Shown in pieces: positions 1 to 11,559 of a DNA stretch of 64,000 nt. The position numbers and the translations under genes were made by a program. The notes beneath the pieces were generated by a model. It saw nothing but the letters and a program-made list of their open reading frames with translations, ran no database searches and was not told where the DNA came from. The stretch's first letter is position 1, and every line of letters begins with the position of its first letter. The stretch is from Camelus dromedarius (taxonomy: Eukaryota), in assembly GCF_036321535.1 (NCBI RefSeq), contig NC_087465.1, forward strand, positions 2,728,001-2,792,000. Reading direction: 5' to 3'.

Positions 1-240
1 CTACTATGTGTAAGGGGAAGGAGGGAGGGATAAATTAGTAGTTTGGGATTAACAGATACACATTACTATGTATAAAATAGATAAACAACAAGGGCTTACT
101 ATATAGCACAGGAAACTATAATTTCTTGTAATAAGCTATAATGGAAAAGAATCTGTATATATATATATGTGTATAACTGAATTGCTTTGCTGTACACCTG
201 AAACTAACATTGTAAATCAACTACACTTCAATAAAAAATA
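1..240 (+). mobile_element. L1 3' end (cetartiodactyl-type), truncated by the window edge
   Basis: GGGAGGGATAAATTAG...AACAACAAGG...GCTGTACACCTGAAACTAACATTGTAAATCAACTACACTTCAATAAAAAA is a typical L1 3' UTR with poly(A) signal. Confidence 0.8.
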
Positions 241-250
241 ACATTGGGGT

Positions 251-416
251 GGGGAAGCAAAGCCATAGCTCAGTGGTAGAGCACATGCTTAGCATACACA
301 AGGTCCTGGGTTCAATCCCCAGTACCTCCATGTAAATAAATGAGTAAATAAATGAATAACTAAAAACCTAATTACTTCCCCCTAAAAAAACCAAAAACCA
401 AAAAAAAAAAAAAAAA
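251..416 (+). mobile_element. Vic-1-type tRNA-Ala-derived SINE
   Basis: ATAGCTCAGTGGTAGAGCACATGCTTAGCATACACAAGGTCCTGGGTTCAATCCCCAGTACCTCC head (A and B boxes), AAACCTAATTACTTCCCC tail motif, poly(A). Confidence 0.85.
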
Positions 417-467
417 TTTAAATGCAAAAAAGAAAAGAATTTGCAGAAATCTAAAAAAAATTACCGT

Positions 468-663
468 GTATAAACAAGTTATAAGGATATATTGTACAAC
501 ACGGGGGACATAGCCAATATTTTAAACAAGTATAAATGGAGTGTAACCTTTAAAGCCTGTGAGTCATTATACTATACATCTGTAATGCATATGATATTGT
601 GCAGCAACTATACTTCAACTTTAAAAAAAAAAAAAAAGAAAGAAAAAAGAAAGAAAAAAAAAA
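468..663 (+). mobile_element. L1 3' end fragment with poly(A)
   Basis: AAGGATATATTGTACAACACGGGG...CAACTATACTTCAACTTTAAAAAAAA resembles an L1MA-type 3' terminus. Confidence 0.65.
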
Positions 664-681
664 AGAGATAAATACTCCCGA

Positions 682-1100
682 CTGGTAACCACTAGTTTGT
701 TCTCTACAACTGTGGGTTTCCTTCTTTTTTGTTATATTTACTAACTTGTTGTGTTNNNNNNNNNNNNNNNNNNNNNNNNNNNNNNNNNNNNNNNNNNNNN
801 NNNNNNNNNNNNNNNNNNNNNNNNNNNNNNNNNNNNNNNNNNNNNNNNNNNNNNNNNNNNNNNNNNNNNNNNNNNNNNNNNNNNNNNNNNNNNNNNNNNN
901 NNNNNNNNNNNNNNNNNNNNNNNNNATTCGTCTGTTGTTGGGCACTTAGGTTGTTTCTCTATCTTGGCAATTATAAACAATGCTGCTATAAACATTGGAG
1001 TGCACATATCTTTTCGAATTGGTGCTTTTGTTTTTTTTCAGATATGTACCCAGGAGTGGAATTGCTGGGTCATATGTAGTTCTATTTTCAGTTTTTTGAT
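682..1100 (-). mobile_element. L1 fragment (3' ORF2/UTR) spanning an assembly gap
   Basis: GGTAACCACTAGTTTGTTCTCT...CCCAGGAGTGGAATTGCTGGGTCATATG. The minus ORF MCTPMFIAALFIIAKIEKQPKCP is L1 ORF2 C-terminal-like. Confidence 0.75.
756..925. other. Assembly gap (170 N)
   Basis: Run of N. Confidence 1.
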
Positions 1101-1809
1101 ACACTTTAAAATAGAAAATGAATATAGTAATAAATAGTTGACAGTTTTTAAGAATGAATTTAAATTCTTAGAGAGCAAGGATGGCTTTAATGAACTGGAA
1201 CATATTTAGTGAGTGCCTACTGTAAGCACATAATTATGATGATGTGAAGAATAAAAAGATGCTAGTACATAGTTGAAAGTTTAGGTGGCACTGTAAACAT
1301 GTAACATGTAAAAGCACTGATCAAACAACTCAAGGAAATATGTAGTTTATCTTCCTGTCATATGATATTTTATAGATTTTGTAAGCTTTTGTATAATATT
1401 TGTTTAAGAAATTGTAACAGTTGACAACAACCTTTTTTTCTAATATAAAAGCAGAATCATTCTTCCAAATCATACGATGGGTTATAACATGACTGTTGGG
1501 AAATGGCGTTGTTCAGTATGATCAGCATTATAATTTATATTTGAGAGAAGAAAATTGATCTTGTTTTTGTTGGGCTCTTAGGTCACACAGAACATAACAT
1601 CTAATGAAATGTTTAAAAATTTTGACTCAGAATTAGATATGCCTCTTACTTTTTACAATGAATACCTTTTTGTAGGGGTCATATAATATTTCACAATGTT
1701 GCTATCCCATTAATTACACCATTTCTCAATTTCTGACTTATAGGTGGTTTCTAGTTGCTAAGAGATACATTTTTATACTATTCCAGTTAAAATATGACTA
1801 TTTAAATAC

Positions 1810-2690
1810 TGCACAGCTAGGTGGGGTTTATGGAAAACGTAAGATGGTTCATCATTAGAAAATGTATTACCTTTATTCATCATGTTAAAAATTTAAGGGG
1901 GGAAATCACAATTATACCAATAGATGACCAAAAAAAGCAAATAGTTAAATTTATGAGCCAATTCTAATTCCTTTTTTTGAAAAAGGTTTAAGAAAAAGAG
2001 GGACCAAAGAAAATTACCTTGGAAAGAAAGAAACACAGTTATCAGTTGCAAAGACATGACAATATTCTTAAAAATCCAATAAATTCAACAGAAATTGTTA
2101 AATAAGAGAATTGACAAGGTGACTATATAGAAGACAAAATAAAAAATAAATATTACTTTCCTTTTTATTAGCATTGAACAATTAGAAGCTGAAATGAGAA
2201 AAGTCATATTCAAGATACTATCAAAATTAGTCTGGAAAATACCTAAGAACTGTTTAATAAGAGAATCATATATTTTTATTAAACGAAATAAAATAGGACT
2301 AAAATAAACAAGAGACATACTGTAATCCCTCACGGCAAGAGCAGTGGCATACAGTTGCCGCTTCTGCTCAGATCCGTGCACGGCCGTAATGCAGATCTGA
2401 TTAGTGTCCCAGAGAATTGTTTTTGAAAACAAACAAGTTGATTTTAAAATTTATTTGGAAGGCTATAGCAAGAGTTTGAAAAAGAAGAATCACGAGGAGG
2501 AATTTGCTAACATATTAAAATATATAATTATTTAAATCAAAATAGTTGGGTACTGGGACGGAGACAGGTATCAGTGACACATGTGTATGTGGGTTTAACA
2601 CCGTGATAATGAAGGCATTTTGAAGAAAATAAGGTTACTCCCAACCTGCACACTTATAAAAACTGAAGGTGAATTAAGCCTCTAAATGTA
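1810..2690 (+). mobile_element. Old L1 (L1M/L1ME) ORF2 remnant
   Basis: Degenerate A-rich matches to L1 ORF2 (e.g. CAAGATGGTTCATCATTAGAAAAT-like segment, ACAAGTTGATTTTAAAATTTATTTGGAA). Confidence 0.55.
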
Positions 2691-2703
2691 GAAGAAAAAC
2701 TGC

Positions 2704-3102
2704 TGTATTGTTAAGGTAACTATGTTTGGTAAGCATGTTAAGGTAACTGTGTTTAGATTTAGGACCACCTGCTCAACGTGTCTTAGGATCATGGTGGCTT
2801 AACGTAGGAAGGCATCTTGACTGTGCAAAATCGGAAGTGAGTTTGGAACCCTCCAGGGCACCCCTTCCAGGTGATGATTCAGTTACTGAGGCTGGAATAA
2901 GTGGTTTCGAGCTGTGCTACTGAAGGAAGAGAGAGAGCTGGGAGGTCCGACAGGGGTACTCGTGGCCACGGGTAGAAATGACAAGCACTGTGTGAGCCGC
3001 TCCTGCCTACATCCTGTTGTCTAGAACTGCTCATAGACTTATAACCTGACTCTAAACATGGTGGGGTTCCTGGAAGCTCAGTCAGTATTAATGTCTCCAT
3101 CA
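2704..3102. mobile_element. Possible solo LTR, unclassified
   Basis: GC-richer block with TG...CA ends that interrupts the old L1. Internal 19-bp duplication. No clean TSD. Confidence 0.3.
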
Positions 3103-3880
3103 GAAAAGTGCTATAGTCAGATACAGATGCACATTTTTATAACCTCAGGGTGGGGGGAACATTTCTTATGATTGTTTAGAAAAGAAGACAACAATGAAAG
3201 GAAAAATACATTTGATGACAAAATAGTTTTAAGGCATTAAGCAGTGAAAGATGCTGAGAACAAACTTCAAAGGCAAGTGACAGACTGAGAGAAGGTATTT
3301 GCCACCCAGACAAATGGCAAAGCGTTAAAATTCCTAATGTGCAGTTTCCATAAAGAGAAAACAACAAACCAATTAGAGAAGATAGCAAAGGAAATTAAAA
3401 ATTAAAAAATACAGATGGTCAGTCACGTATGTACAGGGAAGTACATTGCAGTACTGTTGCTAATGGCGTGAAACCTGAAAATGATTTGATTTTCAGTTGG
3501 AGTCTGACTGAACTGTATGTGGTGCACCTGCATCTCAGAACATCACTCAGTCACTAAAAGAGAGTAGGGTAGGTCTTCACACTGCTCTGAACAGAAGCCG
3601 TTGATAGGTAAGTGGGAAAAAGAGATGATCACTGTGGCCAATAAGACTCTAATTGGGGGAAGAATTAAAATTAATTGAAAATATTAATGATATAGATAGA
3701 TGATTTATAAATAATATACATAAATAGATAAATAATATAAAATATGACAAAAAGGGAAGAATATGGACAAAACTGTTAACTTTTGTTTTGAAAAGCAAAG
3801 GAGGAGGGATATTCACTTTCTAGTTCATTATCGTTTTCTAAGTGATAACTTTGATCTTTTTGAATTTTTCTGCATTGTTT
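3103..3880 (+). mobile_element. Old L1 remnant, continuation
   Basis: AAAGGCAAGTGACAGACTGAGAGAAGGTATTTGC and AAAACAACAAACCAATTAGA are L1 ORF2 3'-like. Confidence 0.5.
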
Positions 3881-3901
3881 AAATAAAAACCCATGGATAA
3901 T

Positions 3902-3977
3902 ATTCATTCATTCTTTCATTCATTCATTTATTCATTCACTCAGGTATCCATCCATCCACCCACCCATCATTCCATTC
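3902..3977. repeat. (TTCA)n/(TCCA)n degenerate simple repeat, possibly an L2 tail
   Basis: ATTCATTCATTCTTTCATTCATTCA...CCATCCATCCACCCACCC. Confidence 0.7.
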
Positions 3978-6699
3978 AGTCATCCTCTTACAGCCAATCA
4001 ACAGTTAAAACAAGGACCTATTCTTAGATGCTGTGTTTGCCGTGCATAGTGCTGTTAACACTGAGTTGAGCTCAGCTCGGAGTAAGAAGACACCCAAATG
4101 TTGTTTCCTCTTTCTTGTTGACCACTGATTTGAAAACAAACCAACACAACATGAAGAGTCTGGTCCTGCGCTTCCTGAGAGCACCATCTGGGGTGGCTTC
4201 CCTCGCCTCTAACCTTTGTCTGCCCTGGAGATGACAGATTAGTGGGGAACATCCTTTAGAATAGGAAGTGGAGGTCAATAAAATTCGCACCAGGCTTTCC
4301 AATTTAGTATCATCCCAGCCAGGACATCCCAAAATAAAATTTGTTTCAAAAATAGACCTAGGAGGAGAAAAAGTCAGGACTGAAAACAAACAATTAATCC
4401 TCTTATGTCACTGATTCTGTGAGAAACCCAAATTAAAAAAAAAAAATCAGCTTCTTGTTCAGGTGCAATGATTCTGTTGGTAAAAAAAAAAAAAAAAAAA
4501 AAGCAGAACAAAAATAGTGCCGAGTCCAGCGTGGTAAATGATCCTATAGAACAAAACAGGAAGCTGTTTAATGGAAGAGAAGTGACTTCAGAGTCTGAGC
4601 TGTGAACGGCCCCTTGGATGCAAAGCATTTTGCATTTGCAAAGTGTGGTATTGGTGCTTTACTGATCACAATCGACTTGTACCCCACGTATTCTTTCGTG
4701 GCGATGCACTGGCCTATCAACCAGGTGAAGAGGCAGCGTATCCCCTATGTTAACTGATAAAGCATTTCAGGGTTGGTGCTTAGGGAAGGGAAACACATCG
4801 GTCTCTTCTAATACATGTACTTCCAGATACACACGTTTGTGTGGGTGCATGAGATTTTGCATCGTCAGGATTTGAAGTGCAGTTGGACAGACATCCCAAA
4901 ACTACCTGATTTTTTCCCCCACGTGATAATCTTTAACAGAATAAGCTTCATTATAGAAATAAATATATTTTCCTATTTCTTCAAACTGTTGAGGAATGTT
5001 TATTCAAAGGTATAGGCTCCAAAGGGAGAAACATATTTCTTCCTACTATTCCATAGGTTGGTTTCTCGCTGGGAAAATCTCCATTCAGAGCAGTTTCCTG
5101 TCAGAGAGCTTGTCTCAGTGCCAAGAAAAACTGTCACCTCTTAAAAATTCTCCTCATCTAACAAAGAGGATTGGGGATTTTAAGTCCACGCTCTGAAGAT
5201 TCAGGCAAAACTTCTCCTTAAATGAGGCTGGTGGGCGAGGTTTTATTTTTATCTCCTTTCCCGTTTTCCAGGAGGGGAATAGACCACGTTCTGGAACGTG
5301 TTCAAGATGGAGCCGGTACGTAGCAGGGCTGATCTCAAACCAGATAACACCAACCCCCAAACTCTGGCAACATGCACCCTTGATGCACGATCCAAAAGCT
5401 TATTTACAGGATCTGCCGGCCTCTGTCCTCTGTGATCTTAGCTGGCTGGAGTGACGGACGCACCGCGCAGCCCGAGCTCACGTAGACGGCGGGGAAGCGA
5501 TTCCAGGACTGAGGATCTAGGAGCCTTGGTGGAGAAGAGGGTTGTTTTGTTTTGTTTTGTGAGTTGCTGTTTTCCTGGGATAAGCCCTTGTCATCCCTTT
5601 CAAATACAGGGAGGCAGTTTCCTCTAAATTGGTCCCTGAGAAGGACATTTCTTTCTTCCTGCCCTGTTCTCTTTGCCGGAGGGGAAGGGGAGCGAGCATC
5701 CCCGAGGACCTGCCCTGTCCACGGAGAGAAGGCTGAGCAGATGGCAGCTGACACGTAGAGGGCACTTGGTAGGAACCTGGCCCCGAGCAGGCTTCCTGAG
5801 CTGCAATTTGGGGTCCCTCCCTGAAAGGCAGCCCAGAGGAGTCTGATGACTTGGCTGGGAACCAGTGGGCTGCTCGCCAAAGGGCAGTAAATCAAAGTGA
5901 AAACGAGGTGATATTTTAAAAGCAAACGGACACTTCTGTTTGTTTGTTTTAGAGGGCCGAGAGAAGTAAGTTATTGTAATCGTAAAGGGGTAGGAGATAC
6001 AGAACAACACAGCCGTGGAGTATTTCAAAGATTTCTGTTTGTGGAACCCTTCCTGTAACGTGTCTGCTCGATTCTCACTAAGCCAGGTCCCCACATTTCT
6101 CTAGAGGAGGATGGGAGTGTGAAAATTCTAATGTCACCTGGAAGCTGAGATCAGTGAGGTTCTCAGCGCATTAACGTAAACGGAGTGCTCCAGCTCCTCA
6201 TCTCCACAGGGCGGTCAGAATGTTTTCAGTGTGAAATTTCTGGTGCCCAAATCTTTCTTTTTTTTAATCCTAATTCAAGTTCTGTTTCTTCTGCCCTTGA
6301 TGAGTTTTTGCACTTGGACACTCAAACTTGGAAAAATGTTTCTAAACTCTCACCTCCCGCCATCCGCTGAGGAGGGGTCTGCACCCCAAAGGAAGATCTC
6401 GGGGAAATCAGAACTGGGTCTCAAGAAGCAGTATTACAGGAATGTGGATCTGGGGGTGCGTTTCCACAGAACCCAGGAGATACCCAGGCAGTTGCTAGTT
6501 TATCTCGATCATACCTTTCAAGCCCTCGGAATATAAAACATAGCTGTAAGGAGTAATGTCCTGAATGCCCAGATGCTCATCAGCCTGGTTAAGAAACACG
6601 GCATTACACTCTGACTATAGCGAAAAATGCTAAGTCACCAAAGCATAACTTGAAAGCAGTACACGATGGAGTGAAAAGAACGCTAATTCTATTTTTCCT

Positions 6700-7760
6700 T
6701 TAAACTTACTAGCAACCTAGGTTGGGCCCCGTTTTGTGCCCAGCACGGAGGTTGCAGAGAATGACGGATACCCTGGCTGACCTGGATGTGATGGGAGATT
6801 CATACCAAAGAAAAACAGAGAGAAAACCACAACGTAATGCACTCTAGGAAGGGCTATGGAGGATGGGTGCTCTGGGAACCGAGGGACTACAAAGACAGCC
6901 TAACTCAGAGTGGAGGTGCGGATGGGGGTGAGTTGCAGGGAAAGCGAGCCTTGAGCTGAGTCTGGACGGAGAGGGTTGAGCAAGGCACCCGGGATGGAAG
7001 GAAGGAATGTCAGGCAGGGTGGCAGCATCTGTGGACTCTGGAAGCACCGGGGCGCTCACGGGCACACGAGGTGACTGCTGAGACTTGGGTCAGCAGGAAC
7101 AGGCAGGGCTGAGAGCTGGGACTTTGAGGAGGGGATTCAAATCATCCCAGCTGCCAGTTAGAGCAAGCTCTCTGCTCAGCGATGAGGTGGGGGTTCTCAC
7201 TGGAGGTGTCCCAGGAGGGCTGCAGGGAACCCTGCAGGGAACTGATGCAACGTGGTAGGAGCGTGTGTGTGTGTGCATGTGTGCGCGTGCGTGTGTGTAT
7301 CTGTATGTACGTGTGTGTGTGTGTGTTTGCGCGCGCACGCTCCCCTGGGAAGGTCCAGCTCTTTCCTTCCATCTCACAATGTTTCTTAACTCTTGCAAAG
7401 GGTACAGATCTCTGTTTGGCTAGAGGAAGGCGGCCAGGTTGGAAGGTTATCACAATAGGTGAGATGACAAGTATGAAGTCCTGGGTTGAGAGAGTGACCC
7501 TTCGTTTAGAAGGAAGGACAATTTCAGAGATAATTAAGAGATGCTTTGATGGGATTCGTTGTCTGATTGCATTTGCAGGGGGAGGAGCGGGGAGCGGTCC
7601 AGTGCAAGGCTTCTCAGACTTTGAGGGGGATCCTGTCCTCGATTCTGACCAGTGGGTCTGGGAAGGAGCCAGAGACTCACTTCCGGAGCAAGGTTCACGG
7701 TGCTGGTGGGAGTCTGCGGCAGGGAATATACTGTGAGCAGACAGGGTGGAAGTGATGGAC
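6700..7760 (-). mobile_element. L2 remnant
   Basis: Purine-rich degenerate L2 antisense motifs (CCTTGAGCTGAGTCTGGA, GAAGGAAGGAATGTCAGGCAG), interrupted by a microsatellite. Confidence 0.45.
7261..7340. repeat. Compound (TG)n/(CG)n microsatellite
   Basis: About 80 bp of nearly continuous purine-pyrimidine alternation. Confidence 0.9.
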
Positions 7761-7767
7761 TCCAGGT

Positions 7768-7900
7768 CCCAAGTTCTCAGCCCCAGCTGTTGATGTTTGG
7801 GGCCACATAATTCTTGGTTATGGGGGGAGGTGCATTCTGTACACTGTAGGCTGTTTGCAGCATCCCTTACCTCTGGCCACTAGATGACAATATCACTCCC
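7768..7900. mobile_element. MER20-like hAT-Charlie DNA transposon fragment
   Basis: GGCCACATAATTCTTGGTTATGGGGG...TGTAGGCTGTTTGCAGCATCCCTTACCTCTGGCCACTAGATG resembles the recalled MER20 consensus. Confidence 0.6.
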
Positions 7901-8309
7901 CCAGGGGAACCTCCCCACAGATCCTGGCATCACCACGCGAGGGGCTGGGGGATCCTGGGGGTGGTGGGGCTGCTCCTGTGGTTCACAGCCCTGATAAAGT
8001 CCTCTGGGTGCTTCAGGAATTATCACTACCTGGCCTCACCCACACTGATGATATTCTTATCTCTGGAGGGGGCAGGGGAGGATACCCAGGCAGCTTTTGG
8101 AAAAACCAGTGTTCACCCAGCTCTGCGGTTTGACGCTGTAGCACCAGGCTAGGGGACACAGCTGTCCCCTGAGCGGGGACTTCTCTGATCTGGGAGTGGT
8201 GCAGGCAGGGAGTTGGAGGGACGGGTAAAGATAAGATTCCAGATTTAAATGCTGATGAACTCGGTGTGCCTGGAGGTCATTTAGACAGGATGCTCACTTC
8301 CATTTTCTT

Positions 8310-8410
8310 GGTCACTGACAAGCTGTGTGTCCTCGGGCCAGTCAGATCCATTTCCTGGTTTTAATTTTCCTCATCTGTCAACTCTGATAATATCTACTTT
8401 ATCTTAAGAG
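8310..8410 (+). mobile_element. MIR remnant
   Basis: CACTGACAAGCTGTGTGTCCTCGGGC...TTTTCCTCATCTGT core. Confidence 0.5.
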
Positions 8411-8544
8411 TTGATGAAAGGTAAACCACATTCATGGATGTGGAAGTAAGTAAAAGCCATCTCACACCGCCACACACACACACTTACACACATGCTCAGC
8501 TTGAGGTAGATCAGAATTTTATTTGAAGAACCGTATTTTGAAAG

Positions 8545-9260
8545 TTTTGGGGAACATGAGAAACCTTTTATAGTATCAGGGCAAGGAGTGATTTTTCTGG
8601 GGAAAAAACAACAAACACAAAAAGCACAAATCATAATTGATATATTGAAGTAAATTAAAAATTAAAATTTTAGTTCATCAAGAGGCACCACTGGTAAAGT
8701 TAAAAGACTAACTGAAAACTGGGAAAAATATCTGCATTGCACAAATTGACAGAGCTTTAGTATTAAGAAAATGCAATGAATTCCTAAAAATCAAGATGAG
8801 AAAGACAAACAACCCAGGAGGAAATAGGCAGGAGATATAAATGGGGAAGCCAAGAAGAGGGGGCCAGAGTGGCCAATAAACGTAGTACAAGGTGCTCAGC
8901 CTCCCCAGTTTTCAGGCAAATAAATGCCAGCTGAACCTGCAGTGAGTACTATTTCTTACCCACCAGATGGGCAGACATGACTGACATTGTAAGGCCAAAG
9001 AAACTCGTGCTGCTGGTGGCGGTATAAATTAGTAGACAGCAGTAGTACTGTCTGAGCAATTTGATAATATTTAGTAAAATTTAAAAAGCCCAATAACCTA
9101 TAGATATACTTTCATGAAAATAAATAAACTATAGCTCAAAGAATTAACACAGATAACTATCAAAGGTGATGGTGGGCAAAACGGTCAGTTACAGAAGTGT
9201 GCAGAGTATCCCATGTACTTAAAATGTGAAAAATATGAAACAGAACTATATTTTATTTAT
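8545..9260 (+). mobile_element. Old L1 (L1ME-like) 3' ORF2 remnant
   Basis: AAAACTGGGAAAAATATCTGCA, AAGACAAACAACCC and GGCCAATAAAC are L1 motifs. Confidence 0.6.
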
Positions 9261-9556
9261 AATTTTATAAATTCTTACTTTAGAAAAGTGCATGCATGGG
9301 AAAATTTAAAATCAAACTCAAGATATTGAGTCTCTGCAGAGGAGAGAGAGAAATGAGGCTGGGGGGCTTACGCAGGGTGGGGAGGCTGAGTAATTTGCCC
9401 CAGCTAGAAGCGGGCAGAGGGACCAAGCAGGGAGGTGGGAAGTGCAAGGGGAGCATCAAGGAAGGCACAAGAAAAAAGTGTTTCAAGAAGGAGAGCCCAG
9501 TTACCACGCCTTTGCTGCTGTGAAGTCAAGAGAAGTAAGAACTATGAACCAACCAC

Positions 9557-10070
9557 AATGGTAGATCACGTCAAAGATGGCCACCGTCCGCTTGCCCCTT
9601 CCCGGGTGTGCATGCTTCTCCGGGTGCCAGTAGGCGGAGTTCATTTCCCTCCCCGGAATCAGGGCTGGCCTTACTGGCTCACCTTAACCCCAGAATGGAG
9701 GGGAATGAGATTGGGACTTCTGAGGCCAGGTCAGAAGCAGCCTTACAGCTTGGGAAGCCCCTCTTGGGAGCCAACTGTCATGACGAGAAGACAGTCCCCT
9801 GCAGAGGCCACGTGTAGGCACTCTGATGGACAGTCCCAACTGACCTTCTAGACAACAACCAGCACCGCTCAGCTGCTGACTTGGTGAGTGAACCATCTTG
9901 GTCATCCAGCCCCGTGGAGCCTCCAGGTGGTTGTAGCTGAAACGTCAACTTCAGGAGGGACCTCACAGGAGAGCCTCCCCGGGGAGCCCAGATGACCCAC
10001 GGAGCTGGGAGATCATATTACATTGTTGTTTTAAGCCACTGAGTTTTGGGGTATTTTGTTGCACAGGACA
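9557..10070 (+). mobile_element. MLT1 (ERVL-MaLR) solo LTR
   Basis: 5' CAAAGATGGCCACC and the characteristic 3' end TTGTTGTTTTAAGCCACTGAGTTTTGGGGTATTTTGTT. Confidence 0.7.
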
Positions 10071-10084
10071 AAAGTGGCCCCCTG

Positions 10085-10330
10085 GGGTGTAGACTGGAGT
10101 AATCTCAAGGGAGTGGTGGGAGCTGAGTGAGGAGGACGGGAGGAAAGAGGTGGAGACAGGGACTGTGGACAACTCTCTCAGGAACTTCGCGGTGAAGGGA
10201 ACAAAGGCAGGGGGTGAGAACAAACGCTGGATTTGGGGAGAAAGGGGGTTTTTATTTTCTGTTTGAAGACAGGACATTCTAGAGCATGTCTGATACCACA
10301 GAGGAGGAGATGGATGTCACTGGAACTCAG
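10085..10330 (-). mobile_element. L2 remnant
   Basis: GTGGAGACAGGGACTGTGGACAACTCTCTCAGGAACTTCGCGGTGAAGGG. The minus ORF contains PFTAKFLRE..., like L2 ORF2. Confidence 0.55.
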
Positions 10331-11559
10331 AAGCGAAAAGGCACGAGACTCTGATGGAGAGTTTCACCCGTGAGGGCAGACAGGCGCGTGGTCCAGAAGC
10401 CAGCGCGCTGCTCTCCGGTGGACGGAACAGGATGGTCCTGATTTTCTCTGAGGCAAAGCTAACATCCGATGGGGAAAGGAATGTGTATTTTTATAAGAGG
10501 TTTGAGCCAAGAGGACAACAAAAGGAAGACAAAGCCCCTCCTCCCCCATTTCATTTTTATTATATGAGCTGCTCAGGCTCAGAAAGTATTGGTGGCCATT
10601 TTTTAATATCAATCAAAAAATACTACAATTTGAATCAGAGTGCAAATATACTTTTTTCGCAATTTCACCAAGCTGGGTTTTTGAATTAACTTTCTTGTTC
10701 CGAAGACTCACTTATTCTCAAATTCTTAAGTCCAATGGAAAACGTGTAAGTACATTCCAATCACAGTGTTACAGTTTAAAACATGCGGCTTGTGAGGAAA
10801 TTATCACATGGAAGCGATGGTCGTTTAGGGTTAGTGACTCGCATCCCAGTCCTGTCGACTCTCCATTCTGAGAAGAGAGGTTTATTTTTCAGAATGAGAT
10901 TTTCCTGAGCGCCGCTGCGGTGTCCGTACGTGCTGATGGATGTGTCTGAAATGTGACAGGGAAACGTCCCTGGGCCATCAGGACTTAAAACCCTCACGTG
11001 TGTTGGAGTACAGAGAAACCGCTGAGTCAGCCAGGACATGTTGAAGGCCGCCAAGCGTGTCTTAAGAGTATTGTTTTCTCCTCTTTGATGGGATTTGAGA
11101 TGCAGAATTTTGTTTGAGCGTTTGTAAGAGCTGGTCAGAGTGTGAAGATGTCATGGTAAGTAAGAAAATACTCATGAAACGGAATACATTCATGTCCTTG
11201 CAACTTTTTCTTTTAGGAACGTTTACTAATAGCGATGAGGAATTTAACATGCTTTACCTTGGAAGGAGGAGGAAGAAAACAGATCAGCTTTAGCTTTCAG
11301 TGAGTATTCGTGGTGCGGGAACCGCTTTCTGTAATTCCACACTGATGGTGAGCAAACAAGCTGTTCGGTGAGGGGCTCTGGCCGGGTCTGGTCCCCACCT
11401 CCACGAGCGTCATTTTTTTTTTTTAATTCCTTCAGGGCATCCGCGTTGGAGACGCTCTGAGGAAATCACCTTGGACGCAAGTGTTCTGAACAGCTTTTAC
11501 TACTGCAAGTTCGGAACGTTCTGAAACCTGTTTCCCTCAGAGGTAATCTTTTTGAGGAC

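Noticed and set aside
5285-5300. Palindrome CACGTTC-TG-GAACGTG
   Set aside because: 7-bp arms are expected several times by chance in 64 kb. There is no third nGAAn unit for a full heat-shock element.
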